Assembly (NCBI GenBank): GCA_045637325.1
Contig: JAZTZF010000140.1
Coordinates: 1 to 27,507 of the forward strand
Reading direction: 5' to 3'
Source: Eubacteriales bacterium
GTDB lineage: Bacteria > Bacillota > Clostridia > Oscillospirales > CAG-382
Length of the DNA stretch: 27,507 nt
Under the pieces are notes generated by a model, which was given only the letters and a program-made list of their open reading frames with translations, was not told the DNA's origin and ran no database searches. Both the position numbers and the translations under genes were made by a program. Of the stretch, positions 14,842-23,658 are shown in pieces. Within the stretch, counting starts at the first letter, position 1. Each line of letters opens with the position of its first letter.

Positions 14842-16608
14842 ATGCAAAAAAAACCATTGCTCTTATCTCCCGCAGGGAGCAAAGAAGCACTCAAGGCGGC
14901 TGTAAACGCCGGTGCCGACGAGGTTTATCTCGGAGGAGCGGACTTTAATGCCCGTATAAATGCCGCGAATTTCGACAGAGCCGCGCTTGTTTATGCCGGC
15001 GAGCTTTGCAGACACACGAATGTGGGACTGCATATAACCCTCAACACTTTAATATATGACAAAGAGTTCAAATCGGTGCTCGAATATGTTTCGTTCCTTG
15101 CCGACAAGGTAAAACCCGATGCTCTGATAGTTCAGGATTTGGGGTTGGCTCTCACCATTCGGCGCGAATTTCCGCAGCTTGCACTGCATGCCAGCACCCA
15201 AATGCGTATACACTCCCATCTCGATGCCGAATACCTAAAATCGCTCGGTTTTACCCGTGCCGTGCTTGCGCGTGAATTGCCGAGGGAAGATATTGCTTCT
15301 TTTGTCAAAACAGGCTTGGAAACCGAGATTTTTATTCACGGCGCCATCTGTGTAAGCGAAAGCGGCGGATGTCTTATGAGCTCGGTTATCGGCAACCGAA
15401 GCGGCAACCGCGGCGAGTGCGCACAGCCCTGCCGTCTGCCGTATAAGGGCAACGAGCGTTATCCGCTGTCGCTAAAGGATATGTGTCTGGCATCACATAT
15501 AAGGGAAATTTCGGACATAGGCGTGACCGCGCTCAAAATAGAGGGCAGGATGAAAAGCCCCGAATATGTCGGCGCGGTAACATCCGTCTATCGCCGTCTT
15601 ATCGACGAGAACCGCAATGCGACGGGGGAAGAAATAAAATATCTCGCAAATGTATTTTCGAGAAGCGGATTCACCGACGGATATTTTGTATCGAAGATAA
15701 ACAAAAGCATGTTCGGTATCCGCCGCGAGGACGATAAACGAATAAGCGAAAAGACCGATATCCGTCCCATAAAGGCTCAACCGCGAGCCAAAAGAGAGGT
15801 TCAAAAAGTACCTTCTGAATGCATACTGCCCGAGAGGGATGAATCTGTAACGCTTCACCCGTCGAAACAAAAGGGGCTGGTGCTCCGTTTCGAGGGTGAT
15901 CTTCCGTCGGAGGGGTTCCTCAAAAAATATGCATCCTCCGCCGTGCGTATAGACGTGCCGCTTTGCTCATGCACCGACAAACGGTTTTCGGAATATACAG
16001 ATAAGGTGTCGGCAGTAATTCCGCGCTCGATCTTTAATAACGAGCTCGAAATTGTAAAAAAACAGATCGCCGCGGCAAAACGGATAGGCATAAAAAATGC
16101 AACTATATCCTCGTTCAACCACATAACGCTCTGCGAGGGGATGTATCTTCACGGCGATTATGCATTTAATGTTGTCAACCGAGAAACGCTTGCTCTGCTC
16201 GAGAATTACTCGTTTTCCTCGGTGATGCTCTCGCCCGAGACCGACGGCAAATTTGTCCGTTCAAGCAAATGCGCGCTTGAATATATCGGTTACGGCAGAA
16301 CACCGCTTATGTATACGCGCACCTGTATTATTTCTAACCTTGCAGGATGCAAAAATAAGGGGAAATGCTTTGGCACGCTTGTTGACCGCACGGGCGCAAA
16401 GTTCCCTGTTATAAGCGGACACAGCCATACGAACACAATATATAACTCTCTTGCAGGCTATCGTCTGGACCGAAAAAACGAGCTTAAAAAATCGGGTGTA
16501 GGTCTGCTCACCTTGCTGTTTACCGACGAACCCGAACCACGCATGGAAGAAATAATAAACCTTGCGCTGTCGGGCGAAAAACCGAAATTTGAATATACAA
16601 GAAGATAG
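14842..16608 (+). CDS. Peptidase U32 family Fe-S protein (RlhA/TrhP-type RNA hydroxylase-like)
   Basis: LLSPAG, GADEVYLG, LHASTQ, HGAICVSESGGC...NRGECAQPCR (four Cys) and KIEGRMKSPEYV. Confidence 0.88.
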   Translation: MQKKPLLLSPAGSKEALKAAVNAGADEVYLGGADFNARINAANFDRAALVYAGELCRHTNVGLHITLNTLIYDKEFKSVLEYVSFLADKVKPDALIVQDLGLALTIRREFPQLALHASTQMRIHSHLDAEYLKSLGFTRAVLARELPREDIASFVKTGLETEIFIHGAICVSESGGCLMSSVIGNRSGNRGECAQPCRLPYKGNERYPLSLKDMCLASHIREISDIGVTALKIEGRMKSPEYVGAVTSVYRRLIDENRNATGEEIKYLANVFSRSGFTDGYFVSKINKSMFGIRREDDKRISEKTDIRPIKAQPRAKREVQKVPSECILPERDESVTLHPSKQKGLVLRFEGDLPSEGFLKKYASSAVRIDVPLCSCTDKRFSEYTDKVSAVIPRSIFNNELEIVKKQIAAAKRIGIKNATISSFNHITLCEGMYLHGDYAFNVVNRETLALLENYSFSSVMLSPETDGKFVRSSKCALEYIGYGRTPLMYTRTCIISNLAGCKNKGKCFGTLVDRTGAKFPVISGHSHTNTIYNSLAGYRLDRKNELKKSGVGLLTLLFTDEPEPRMEEIINLALSGEKPKFEYTRR

Positions 16609-16621
16609 CAACACGATAACT

Positions 16622-16653
16622 CAAAAAAGGACACGATTGTGTGTCCTTTTTTT
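16622..16653. terminator. Bidirectional intrinsic terminator after the U32 gene
   Basis: AAAAAAGGACAC pairs with GTGTCCTTTTTT. Confidence 0.8.
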
Positions 16654-16727
16654 AGATTATTTCCATACCTATCATATAACACAAATCGGCAGAGAAAAGA
16701 ATATCTCTGCCGAATTTTGTCGTATCT

Positions 16728-16755
16728 GTAGGGGCGATTCACGAATCGCCCCTGC
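16728..16755 (+). repeat. Solo GTAG-tagged REP-like palindrome
   Basis: GTAGGGGCGATTCACGAATCGCCCCTGC; the first 24 nt are identical to 4465-4488. Confidence 0.8.
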
Positions 16756-16808
16756 AGCATTAAAAAACATCCTTATGAGAACACTCATAAACCCAATTCT
16801 TTTTCGTT

Positions 16809-17738
16809 TTATTTCGGCAGTATCAACTTTATGCGCTTCGGCAGAATTTCGATCGTTGGGTTTTTCATGGGGTATATATCGCCGTCGAGGTTAAGGTCTA
16901 TTATGTTTTCCGAAACGAATTGCATCGTTTTGCAGCGTTTGCTCGAAACTATGTCTTTGAACTCGTCGATATGTCTGCCGGCGCGGAATTTGCCCACAAG
17001 CGAAAACAGTTTTGCTTTGGAAACCGTGTTTATACTGATAACATCAAGCAAGCCGTCGCTTATATCGGAATAGGGAGAAGCTTTGAATCCTCCGCCGTAA
17101 TACCTGCCGTTTGCGGCAAGTGCGAAAAGATAAGGACCGTCGCTGTTTCCGAACGGCTCGCCGTCTGCATACAGCCAAAAATAGTTTTTGGTGTCGGTGA
17201 ATACGCATTTTACAAGCGAAATATTATATGCCATGCCTCCGCTCACAAGCGGAAGTTTTTTGTATTTTTCCTGCCCGTTAGCGACAGCGGCATCAAATCC
17301 TGCGGAGATGATATTAAGGCTCACGCGTTCGTTTTGCTCCTCGTCTTTTGCGAGAATCAAATCTGCGTCGATAATTTCTCCGTCAAGAAGTCCGCGCAGA
17401 CTTCTGAATTTCTCGGCAGGGATATCAAGACTTTTTATAAAATCGTTGCCCGAACCCACGGGAACAACGGCAACGGCGCAGTTATCGTTGCCCGAGCGGT
17501 ATATTCCGTTTGCAACCTCGGCAAGCGTACCGTCGCCGCCGCATGAGTATATACGGACAAAGTCGTCGGCGTTTTCTCTTAGATAACGCTCGACCTCGGC
17601 TTCGGCAGAGCCTTTGCAGCTTGTGACAAAAATGTCGTATGCATCGGATATGCCTAACTTTTCGATTATAATTCTCAGTTTTGCCGTTCTGTCTTTTGTG
17701 CCGGCGGCAGGGTTAAGTATAAAAAGATGTTTAGTCAT
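16809..17738 (-). CDS. Diacylglycerol/lipid kinase family protein (YegS/BmrU-like)
   Basis: ILNPAAG, GGDGTLAEVANG, VPVGSGNDF, ANGRYYGGG, DGLLDV and LNLDGD motifs. Confidence 0.9.
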   Translation of the reverse strand: MTKHLFILNPAAGTKDRTAKLRIIIEKLGISDAYDIFVTSCKGSAEAEVERYLRENADDFVRIYSCGGDGTLAEVANGIYRSGNDNCAVAVVPVGSGNDFIKSLDIPAEKFRSLRGLLDGEIIDADLILAKDEEQNERVSLNIISAGFDAAVANGQEKYKKLPLVSGGMAYNISLVKCVFTDTKNYFWLYADGEPFGNSDGPYLFALAANGRYYGGGFKASPYSDISDGLLDVISINTVSKAKLFSLVGKFRAGRHIDEFKDIVSSKRCKTMQFVSENIIDLNLDGDIYPMKNPTIEILPKRIKLILPK

Positions 17739-18897
17739 TATTCTTCTCTATCGTCGGTTTTTTTCCTGTATCTGCAGGTGAGGGGATAGGGTCGGAGAGC
17801 GAGATTATATCTTCTATCCCTTTTGCAAATAAGAATGATTTTTTTGTTTCGTTTGTGCAATCCAGCGCGCGTATCGGTTTTGTTACAATATCAATAACAG
17901 CTTTTTGCTTTGCTCGGCGCAGGATAGAACGCCCTGTTTCGTTTGCGGCAAGAACGCAGGTATAACTCGGCATTTGGTGTATCTGCTTGGCGGTTATCCC
18001 GAAAACAATAGCGTTTACGGCGCGCCTTATGCGTGCCGAGGTGTAGTTTTTGTCGGTGCATTCGGCAACGATAGCGTTAACCGAACTGCATTTTATCGAT
18101 GCCGCAAGTATCTTTTTTACAAGATCATCGGGCGCGGAATAAATATCTGTCGGATACAATCCGCTTTCGTTCATACGCCTTAGCGTTCCGATGAAAAATG
18201 AGTTTAATTTCGAATCATCGCGCGGAAAACTCTTGTTTATCTCGGGTTCAAAAACCTGTCGGCTCTGTTCGGGAATCAGATCAAGCATTTTTTCGCCGCT
18301 TTCGGCATTGCGTATCTCGGTAGAGGAGAAAAATCCTTTTTGCCGCTTGATGATAAACGGTGATAACGCTTTGCCGTTCATTGCCGAAAGATATTCAAGC
18401 GCAAGAATGTTGTTCGGTTTTTTTACCGCCAAAGAGGCGGTTTCGCCCAGCGCGCTCCCCACAAGCTCGGTCACTGCCTGCGGATACGACGCGTTTTTGT
18501 GTTCTTCGACAAAATTCCTCACTGCCTGTGCAAAATCGCTGTTTTTTGTCAAACGGTGTATGTCAAAAAGCAGTTCGGGAGAATCCTCGGCACCAAAAGC
18601 AAGCGCATCCGAACCAATCGCGTCGGCAATATGCACGCCTGCACGGGCAAAATCGCTTGCCGAGGAACAGCACCAGGGAATCGGCAGTTCCAGCACGAGA
18701 TCGGCACCGTTTTTCAGTGCCGCTTCGGCACGCAGATATTTGTTTGCGACTGCCGCCGAGCCCCGCTGAACGATATCGCCGCTCATGATGCAGGCAACAC
18801 CGTCAAATTCCGACTTCAGCGTTTCCATCTGGAACCTGTGCCCGAAATGGAAGGGATTGTATTCGCATATAACAGAAACAAAACGCTTTGTGTCCAT
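17731..18897 (-). CDS. tmcAL: tRNA(Met) cytidine acetate ligase (YlbM/TmcAL, HIGH nucleotidyltransferase)
   Basis: EYNPFHFGH, MSGDIVQRG, ALKNGADLVLELP, PNNILALEY, S(S)TEIR and YTSARIRR. The true start is MDTK at 18897; the ORF-track extension to 19026 crosses the promoter region. Confidence 0.85.
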   Translation of the reverse strand: MDTKRFVSVICEYNPFHFGHRFQMETLKSEFDGVACIMSGDIVQRGSAAVANKYLRAEAALKNGADLVLELPIPWCCSSASDFARAGVHIADAIGSDALAFGAEDSPELLFDIHRLTKNSDFAQAVRNFVEEHKNASYPQAVTELVGSALGETASLAVKKPNNILALEYLSAMNGKALSPFIIKRQKGFFSSTEIRNAESGEKMLDLIPEQSRQVFEPEINKSFPRDDSKLNSFFIGTLRRMNESGLYPTDIYSAPDDLVKKILAASIKCSSVNAIVAECTDKNYTSARIRRAVNAIVFGITAKQIHQMPSYTCVLAANETGRSILRRAKQKAVIDIVTKPIRALDCTNETKKSFLFAKGIEDIISLSDPIPSPADTGKKPTIEKNND

Positions 18898-18922
18898 TTG
18901 GTAAAAGTTCCTTGTAAAATAC

Positions 18923-18951
18923 TTGCAATTAGTTGATAAAGGTAGTATAAT
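18923..18951 (+). promoter_or_regulatory. sigmaA promoter for ackA-radC
   Basis: TTGCAA-17 nt-TATAAT. Confidence 0.7.
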
Positions 18952-18972
18952 GAAAAAAATATGAATTGTCAA
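18944..18972 (-). promoter_or_regulatory. sigmaA promoter for tmcAL and the DAG kinase gene
   Basis: Minus strand reads TTGACA (18967-18972)-17 nt-TATACT (18944-18949). Confidence 0.75.
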
Positions 18973-18985
18973 GTAAGGAGAAACT

Positions 18986-20179
18986 ATGTATATTCTTGTT
19001 GTTAACGCAGGCAGTTCCTCGCTCAAGTATCAGCTTTTTGATATGGATAAGCAGGAGGTTGCCGCAAAAGGTCTATGCGAGCGTATCGGCATCGACGGCA
19101 GACTTACCCACACTTCCACCGGCAAGGAGAAGATCCAGAAGGATATCCCCATGCCCACACACGCACAGGCTGTTGCCGCTTTGGTCGAGTCTTTGACCGA
19201 TAAAGAGCACGGCTGTATCGCAGATATGTCTGCAATCTCGGCAGTCGGTCACCGTATCGTGCACGGCGGTCCTTGGCTTATAAAGAGTGTCCGTGTTGAC
19301 GAAAATGTCATTGCCGACCTCGAAAAGTGCCGCGATCTCGCGCCGCTTCACACCGTACCTCACCTTTTGGGTATCCGCGGATGTATGGAGGTAATGCCTT
19401 CCACACCGCAGGTATTGGTTATCGATACTGCATTCCACCAGACAATGCCCCCCGAGGCATATACCTATCCTATCAAATACGAAGTTGCTCAGAAGCACAA
19501 TATCCGCCGTTACGGATTCCACGGTACCTCGCACCGTTATGTTTCGGGCAAGGCTATCGAATATCTCGGAAACCCCAACGCAAAGATCGTTACCTGCCAC
19601 CTCGGCAACGGTTCCTCGATAAGCGCGGTCGATGCAGGCAAGTGCATAGATACTTCTATGGGCTTCACCCCGCTTGAGGGTGTTATTATGGGCTCGCGTT
19701 GCGGCGCGATCGACCCTGCCGTTGTTCCGTTTGTTATGGAAAAAGAAAATATTCCTGTCAACGAAATGGGCGACTGGATGAACAAGCAGTGCGGATTCCT
19801 TGGCGTTTCGGGCGTTTCGAGCGACCTGCGCGAGATCACCGCGGCTATCGACAGCGGCAACGAGCGTGCGGCTCTTGCTTATAATATCCTTGCTTATCAG
19901 ATAAAGAAATATATCGGTTCCTATACCGCCGCAATGAACGGCCTTGACTGCGTAGTATTCACTGCAGGCGTAGGCGAAAACGATGCGCGTCTGCGCGCTC
20001 TCGCACTCGAGAACATGTCCTACTACGGCATCGAGCTTGATAAAGAAAAGAACAACACTCGCGGCGAGATCGAGATCAGCACTGCAAATTCCCGCGTAAA
20101 AGTACTCGTTATTCCTACTAACGAGGAGCTTGTTATCGCATCCGATACTATGCAGATAATTTCCGAATCCAACAAATGA
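18986..20179 (+). CDS. ackA: Acetate kinase
   Basis: NAGSSSLKYQL, GHRIVHGG, APLH, DTAFHQT, YGFHGTSH, HLGNGSS, TSMGFTPLEG, FTAGVGEN and IPTNEELVIA motifs. RBS AAGGAG. Confidence 0.97.
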   Translation: MYILVVNAGSSSLKYQLFDMDKQEVAAKGLCERIGIDGRLTHTSTGKEKIQKDIPMPTHAQAVAALVESLTDKEHGCIADMSAISAVGHRIVHGGPWLIKSVRVDENVIADLEKCRDLAPLHTVPHLLGIRGCMEVMPSTPQVLVIDTAFHQTMPPEAYTYPIKYEVAQKHNIRRYGFHGTSHRYVSGKAIEYLGNPNAKIVTCHLGNGSSISAVDAGKCIDTSMGFTPLEGVIMGSRCGAIDPAVVPFVMEKENIPVNEMGDWMNKQCGFLGVSGVSSDLREITAAIDSGNERAALAYNILAYQIKKYIGSYTAAMNGLDCVVFTAGVGENDARLRALALENMSYYGIELDKEKNNTRGEIEISTANSRVKVLVIPTNEELVIASDTMQIISESNK

Positions 20180-20856
20180 GTTCCGAAAAAGAACAAAATA
20201 TAACCCACGAAGGTCACCGCAAACGCTGTAAAACGCGCGTGTTGACCGATGGGTGCATGAAGATGTCGGATGTCGATCTGCTCGAAATGCTGCTGTTTTA
20301 TTCGGTGCCGCGCGTCGATACCCGTAAACAGGCGGAATCGCTGATAAACAAATTCGGGTCACTTCAGGGCGTGTTGAATGCCGACAAAGACGAGATTGCA
20401 AAACATGCAGGTCTGAAAGAAAACACCGAAATACTTTTTGCCTTACTGAGCGAAACGGTATCTCGCGTTGCGGTAAAAGAGGATAATTCCACTCTGCTCG
20501 AGGGAGATAATATCAAAAAATATCTTATCGAGCTTTATCGCGGCTCCGCTGCCGAGACCGTGTATGCGCTGTACTTCGGCGCAGACGGAAGTTTTCTCGG
20601 CAAACAGCTCGTTTTTAGGGGCGGTATCAGCTCGGCGCGGTTTGCACTGCGCACGGTTACCGAGGGCGTTATCCGCATAGGGGGCAAATCGGTGGTTTTG
20701 GCACACAATCACCCGAGCGGTATTCTCGTTCCGTCGGGCGATGACATTATTTCCACAAAACGCATTGCGGCACACCTCGCCGCAAACGATATAAATCTTA
20801 TCGAGCATTATATCGTTGGCAAAGACGACTGCGTGGGAATATTCAATCTGGAATAA
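20176..20856 (+). CDS. radC: RadC family JAB-domain protein
   Basis: HEGHRKR, LLEMLLFYSVPRVDT, FGSL..VL and the JAMM motif HNHPSG..PS.DD. ATGA overlap with the ackA stop. Confidence 0.9.
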   Translation: MSSEKEQNITHEGHRKRCKTRVLTDGCMKMSDVDLLEMLLFYSVPRVDTRKQAESLINKFGSLQGVLNADKDEIAKHAGLKENTEILFALLSETVSRVAVKEDNSTLLEGDNIKKYLIELYRGSAAETVYALYFGADGSFLGKQLVFRGGISSARFALRTVTEGVIRIGGKSVVLAHNHPSGILVPSGDDIISTKRIAAHLAANDINLIEHYIVGKDDCVGIFNLE

Positions 20857-20857
20857 T

Positions 20858-20899
20858 AAAAAATCAAGCTTCGTTTTTATTTTGAAGCTTGATTTTTTT
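20858..20899. terminator. Bidirectional intrinsic terminator
   Basis: AAAAAATCAAGCTTC (20858-20872) pairs with GAAGCTTGATTTTTT (20884-20898), a 15-bp perfect stem between convergent genes. Confidence 0.88.
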
Positions 20900-20951
20900 A
20901 TTTCAAAGGTTTGTTGTATTCGAGTGCGAAAGTATATGGGAATGACGGCGT

Positions 20952-22541
20952 TTAGGGGTTCGAATCCCCTGCACCGCAAGACAATACATATTCCTCGGCA
21001 GACCGTACGCCGTCGATAGCGGCAGAAATTATACCGCCTGCATACCCTGCGCCCTCACCCAGCGGATATATGCCTTTTATATTGCTTTGACGGTCGTCAA
21101 ACCGTTTTATGCGTATGGGCGAACTGGTACGGCTTTCGACTGCGGTTATGATCGCCTCTGCATCGTCAAACCCTTTTATTTTCTTTCCGAAATCACGCAA
21201 CGCCTCTCGGAATGATCGGTTTATCTCGCTCGAGAAAAGGCTTGAAACATCGCACATTTTCACGCCGCGCGGATAGGTGGGTTCGATGCTTGACTGCGAT
21301 TTGGGCTCGCCAAGATAATCGCCCAGCATCATGGCAGGTGCGGTAAAATCGCCTCCGCCGAGTAAAAATGCTTTTCTTTCCAGGCTTTCTCTGTAATCAT
21401 AGCCTGCAAAAATTCCGTCGTGCGGCAGGTCGGAGGGCAATATTTCGCAGAGAATTGCGCTGTTTGCATTCTTCTCGTCGCGTGCATGATAGCTCATTCC
21501 GTTTGTTACAAGCCGTTCCTGCTCGCTTGCCGCCGAAACAACATGGCCGCCGGGGCACATGCAAAAGCTATAGACGGTTCTGCCGGTAGTGCAATGCCTG
21601 AACAGCTTGTATTCTGCAGGCGGCAGAAAACGCAGATCTCCGTTTTCGCCGTACTGCGCGGTGTCAATGTTTTTTTGCAGATGCTCTATGCGGAACCCTA
21701 CCGAAAAGGGTTTTTGCTCGAGCTCCGCGCCGTGCTTATAAAGCATTTCGGCAATATCGCGCGCAGATTGTCCCGTGGCAAGAAAAAGCGTGTCGGTTTC
21801 TATAACACCGTCGCTTGTAACGACCGATTTTAACGCGCCGTCTTTAATAATTATATCGTCAAGACGGGATTCAAACCTGATCTCGCCGCCCAACGAGATT
21901 ATCTCACGGCGGATATTGGCTACCACCTCACGCAGAAGGTCGGTGCCGATGTGCGGTTTCGCCATATACAGCGTTTCCTTAGGCGCGCCTGCACGCACAA
22001 GCTCCCGAATAACAAACTGCCCGCGGAAGCTCTTGTCCTTTACGAGCGTGTTCAGCTTTCCGTCGGAAAATGCGCCTGCACCGCCCTCGCCGTATTGTAT
22101 ATTCGAATTTTCATCAAGCGCTCCGCCGCCGAAAAAGATATCTACATCCTTTTTGCGTTCTTCGCCCTTGCGGCCGCGTTCGAGCACTATCGGGCAAAAA
22201 CCCGACCGCGCAAGACACAGCGCGGCAAATATACCCGCAGGACCGAACCCTGCGACAACAGGGCGTGACACGGGCGGATTTTTGGTCGCGGGGAAGATAT
22301 ACTCGGATTCGGGTTGAACGATGTCACCGCCGCACCGTGCGGAGATTGCTTTTTCGTCGGCATGCTCTGCAAATATATCTACCGTATAAACGAATTTTGC
22401 TTTTCCGCGCCGAGCGTCGAGCGATTTTTTTCTTATCTCGTAACCAAACGAACCGACAGGCAACCCGATTATCTCCGACAGCCTTGTTTCGAGCGAAAGA
22501 GCGTCCTCGCGCGGAGAACGCTCAAGCGTTAATCTTATCAT
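20952..22541 (-). CDS. Uncharacterised NAD(P)/FAD-dependent oxidoreductase (COG2509-type)
   Basis: GFGPAG, FGEGG-like YGEGGAGAFSDGKL, KPHIGTD, SFCMCPGG.VV, VTNGMS, ESRTSSP and GEGAGYAGGI.SAA.DG. Confidence 0.88.
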   Translation of the reverse strand: MIRLTLERSPREDALSLETRLSEIIGLPVGSFGYEIRKKSLDARRGKAKFVYTVDIFAEHADEKAISARCGGDIVQPESEYIFPATKNPPVSRPVVAGFGPAGIFAALCLARSGFCPIVLERGRKGEERKKDVDIFFGGGALDENSNIQYGEGGAGAFSDGKLNTLVKDKSFRGQFVIRELVRAGAPKETLYMAKPHIGTDLLREVVANIRREIISLGGEIRFESRLDDIIIKDGALKSVVTSDGVIETDTLFLATGQSARDIAEMLYKHGAELEQKPFSVGFRIEHLQKNIDTAQYGENGDLRFLPPAEYKLFRHCTTGRTVYSFCMCPGGHVVSAASEQERLVTNGMSYHARDEKNANSAILCEILPSDLPHDGIFAGYDYRESLERKAFLLGGGDFTAPAMMLGDYLGEPKSQSSIEPTYPRGVKMCDVSSLFSSEINRSFREALRDFGKKIKGFDDAEAIITAVESRTSSPIRIKRFDDRQSNIKGIYPLGEGAGYAGGIISAAIDGVRSAEEYVLSCGAGDSNP

Positions 22542-22550
22542 AAAATAAAA

Positions 22551-23516
22551 TTATTTGAAGTTTTTGTCGAGCCAAGCCTTATAGTCGTTATAAAGCTTGA
22601 CCGAATCGGGATGGCCGCAATAAGCAATGGTGCCGGGCTTGTTGAACATACCCGGATACTGATAAATAAGTATTTCGTCAACATAAGGCGAAATGCTCTT
22701 TATCTGACGCTCGATACGCCCCATGTCTGCGGCATACAGCGCGCTGCGGTAAACCTCACCCTCGAACTCGAACACTTCCATATCTGCCCAAAGTGCGCTT
22801 CTGCCTGCCTTGTCGTGCGCCTTACGGAGCGCGGCATAATATGCCTCGGTTTCTTCGGGGAGCGACTTGCGAACACCGATTTCGTCCTGATATGCGATAA
22901 TGTCGCAATCAAGGGTTTCGAGCTGAGAAATAAACTTGTCGTCGGTTATCAGCTTGTTGGTGCCGTAGGGTGCGATAAGCACCTGCAATTTCGGGTCGAT
23001 AGTTCTGGCGAATGCGGTGTATTCGTTAACATACTTTATAAATTCTTCGGTATAATAAGGAACGATTCCCAACTCGTCGGGGAGATACCAACCGTAGAAC
23101 GCCTTGCTCTTGCCGTAAAGTGCATAAAGCTCGGTCATGGCTTGGAAAGCGCGTTTTTGAACCTCGGGGCTGGTCATGTTGTTCAATGTCTGGGTCCAGA
23201 TGCCGTAAAAACCGCAGGACATAAAAATCTTCATGTCGTTACGCTCTGCGGCACGCATTATTGCACCTATAGGATCTTTTGCGCCCATGTTCGCAAAAGG
23301 ATAAATGTCGGTCTTAAAATAACTCTCGGTAAATTCGGGATAGGCAATCGAGGACGCCATCAGTACGACATACTTCATTCCGAGCGAAGCGATTTCGTCT
23401 ATCTTTGCCTGCCATTGTTCGTCGGAGAACCAACGGCAGATAGGGTTCCAATATTTACCCTCGGCTCTGTTGTGGTGATGGAACTCAAACCAGGTTCCTG
23501 TAATCTTTTTAAGCAT
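22551..23516 (-). CDS. DUF4434-type putative glycoside hydrolase (TIM barrel), no signal peptide
   Basis: ITGTWFEF, GWYLPDE, AYQDEIG, LWADMEVF and YQYPG motifs. Start at MLKK (23516) with an AAGGA RBS. Confidence 0.7.
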   Translation of the reverse strand: MLKKITGTWFEFHHHNRAEGKYWNPICRWFSDEQWQAKIDEIASLGMKYVVLMASSIAYPEFTESYFKTDIYPFANMGAKDPIGAIMRAAERNDMKIFMSCGFYGIWTQTLNNMTSPEVQKRAFQAMTELYALYGKSKAFYGWYLPDELGIVPYYTEEFIKYVNEYTAFARTIDPKLQVLIAPYGTNKLITDDKFISQLETLDCDIIAYQDEIGVRKSLPEETEAYYAALRKAHDKAGRSALWADMEVFEFEGEVYRSALYAADMGRIERQIKSISPYVDEILIYQYPGMFNKPGTIAYCGHPDSVKLYNDYKAWLDKNFK

Positions 23517-23582
23517 GTTTTGTTTTCCTTTCCGCATTGCTGTGGTTTATGTTTTGAGGATACCATTTTATCAAACGCTTTT

Positions 23583-23634
23583 CAATAGTTTTCGCAAAAA
23601 AACTATTGCGATAATGGCGAGAACAATATATAAT
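23583..23634 (+). promoter_or_regulatory. sigmaA promoter of the SGNH-dockerin gene with an overlapping 10-bp inverted repeat (candidate operator)
   Basis: TTGCGA (23606-23611)-17 nt-TATAAT (23629-23634). CAATAGTTTT-N6-AAAACTATTG at 23583-23608 overlaps the -35. Confidence 0.6.
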
Positions 23635-23658
23635 ATAACAAAAAGGGAGGCGTTGTGT

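Noticed and set aside
18912-18928. Rex operator at the ackA promoter (TTGTAAAATACTTGCAA)
   Set aside because: It is 17 nt rather than the 18-nt TTGTGAA-N4-TTCACAA box, the right half-site is poor, and it is largely explained by the -35 element.
19073-20401. 442-aa minus-strand ORF opposite ackA
   Set aside because: It is an antisense shadow caused by the strong codon bias of ackA, with no motifs or RBS. The same applies to 22611..23588 (+), 16920..17546 (+) and the other overlapping ORF-track entries.
20176-20856. radC as a marker of an integrative element
   Set aside because: It is the full-length chromosomal form with the N-terminal HhH region, not the short JAB-only form, and no mobility genes are nearby.
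20895-20981. Complete tRNA gene
   Set aside because: Only a T-arm-like hairpin is present. There is no 5' acceptor strand complementary to GCACCGC, no D-arm, no anticodon arm and no CCA.
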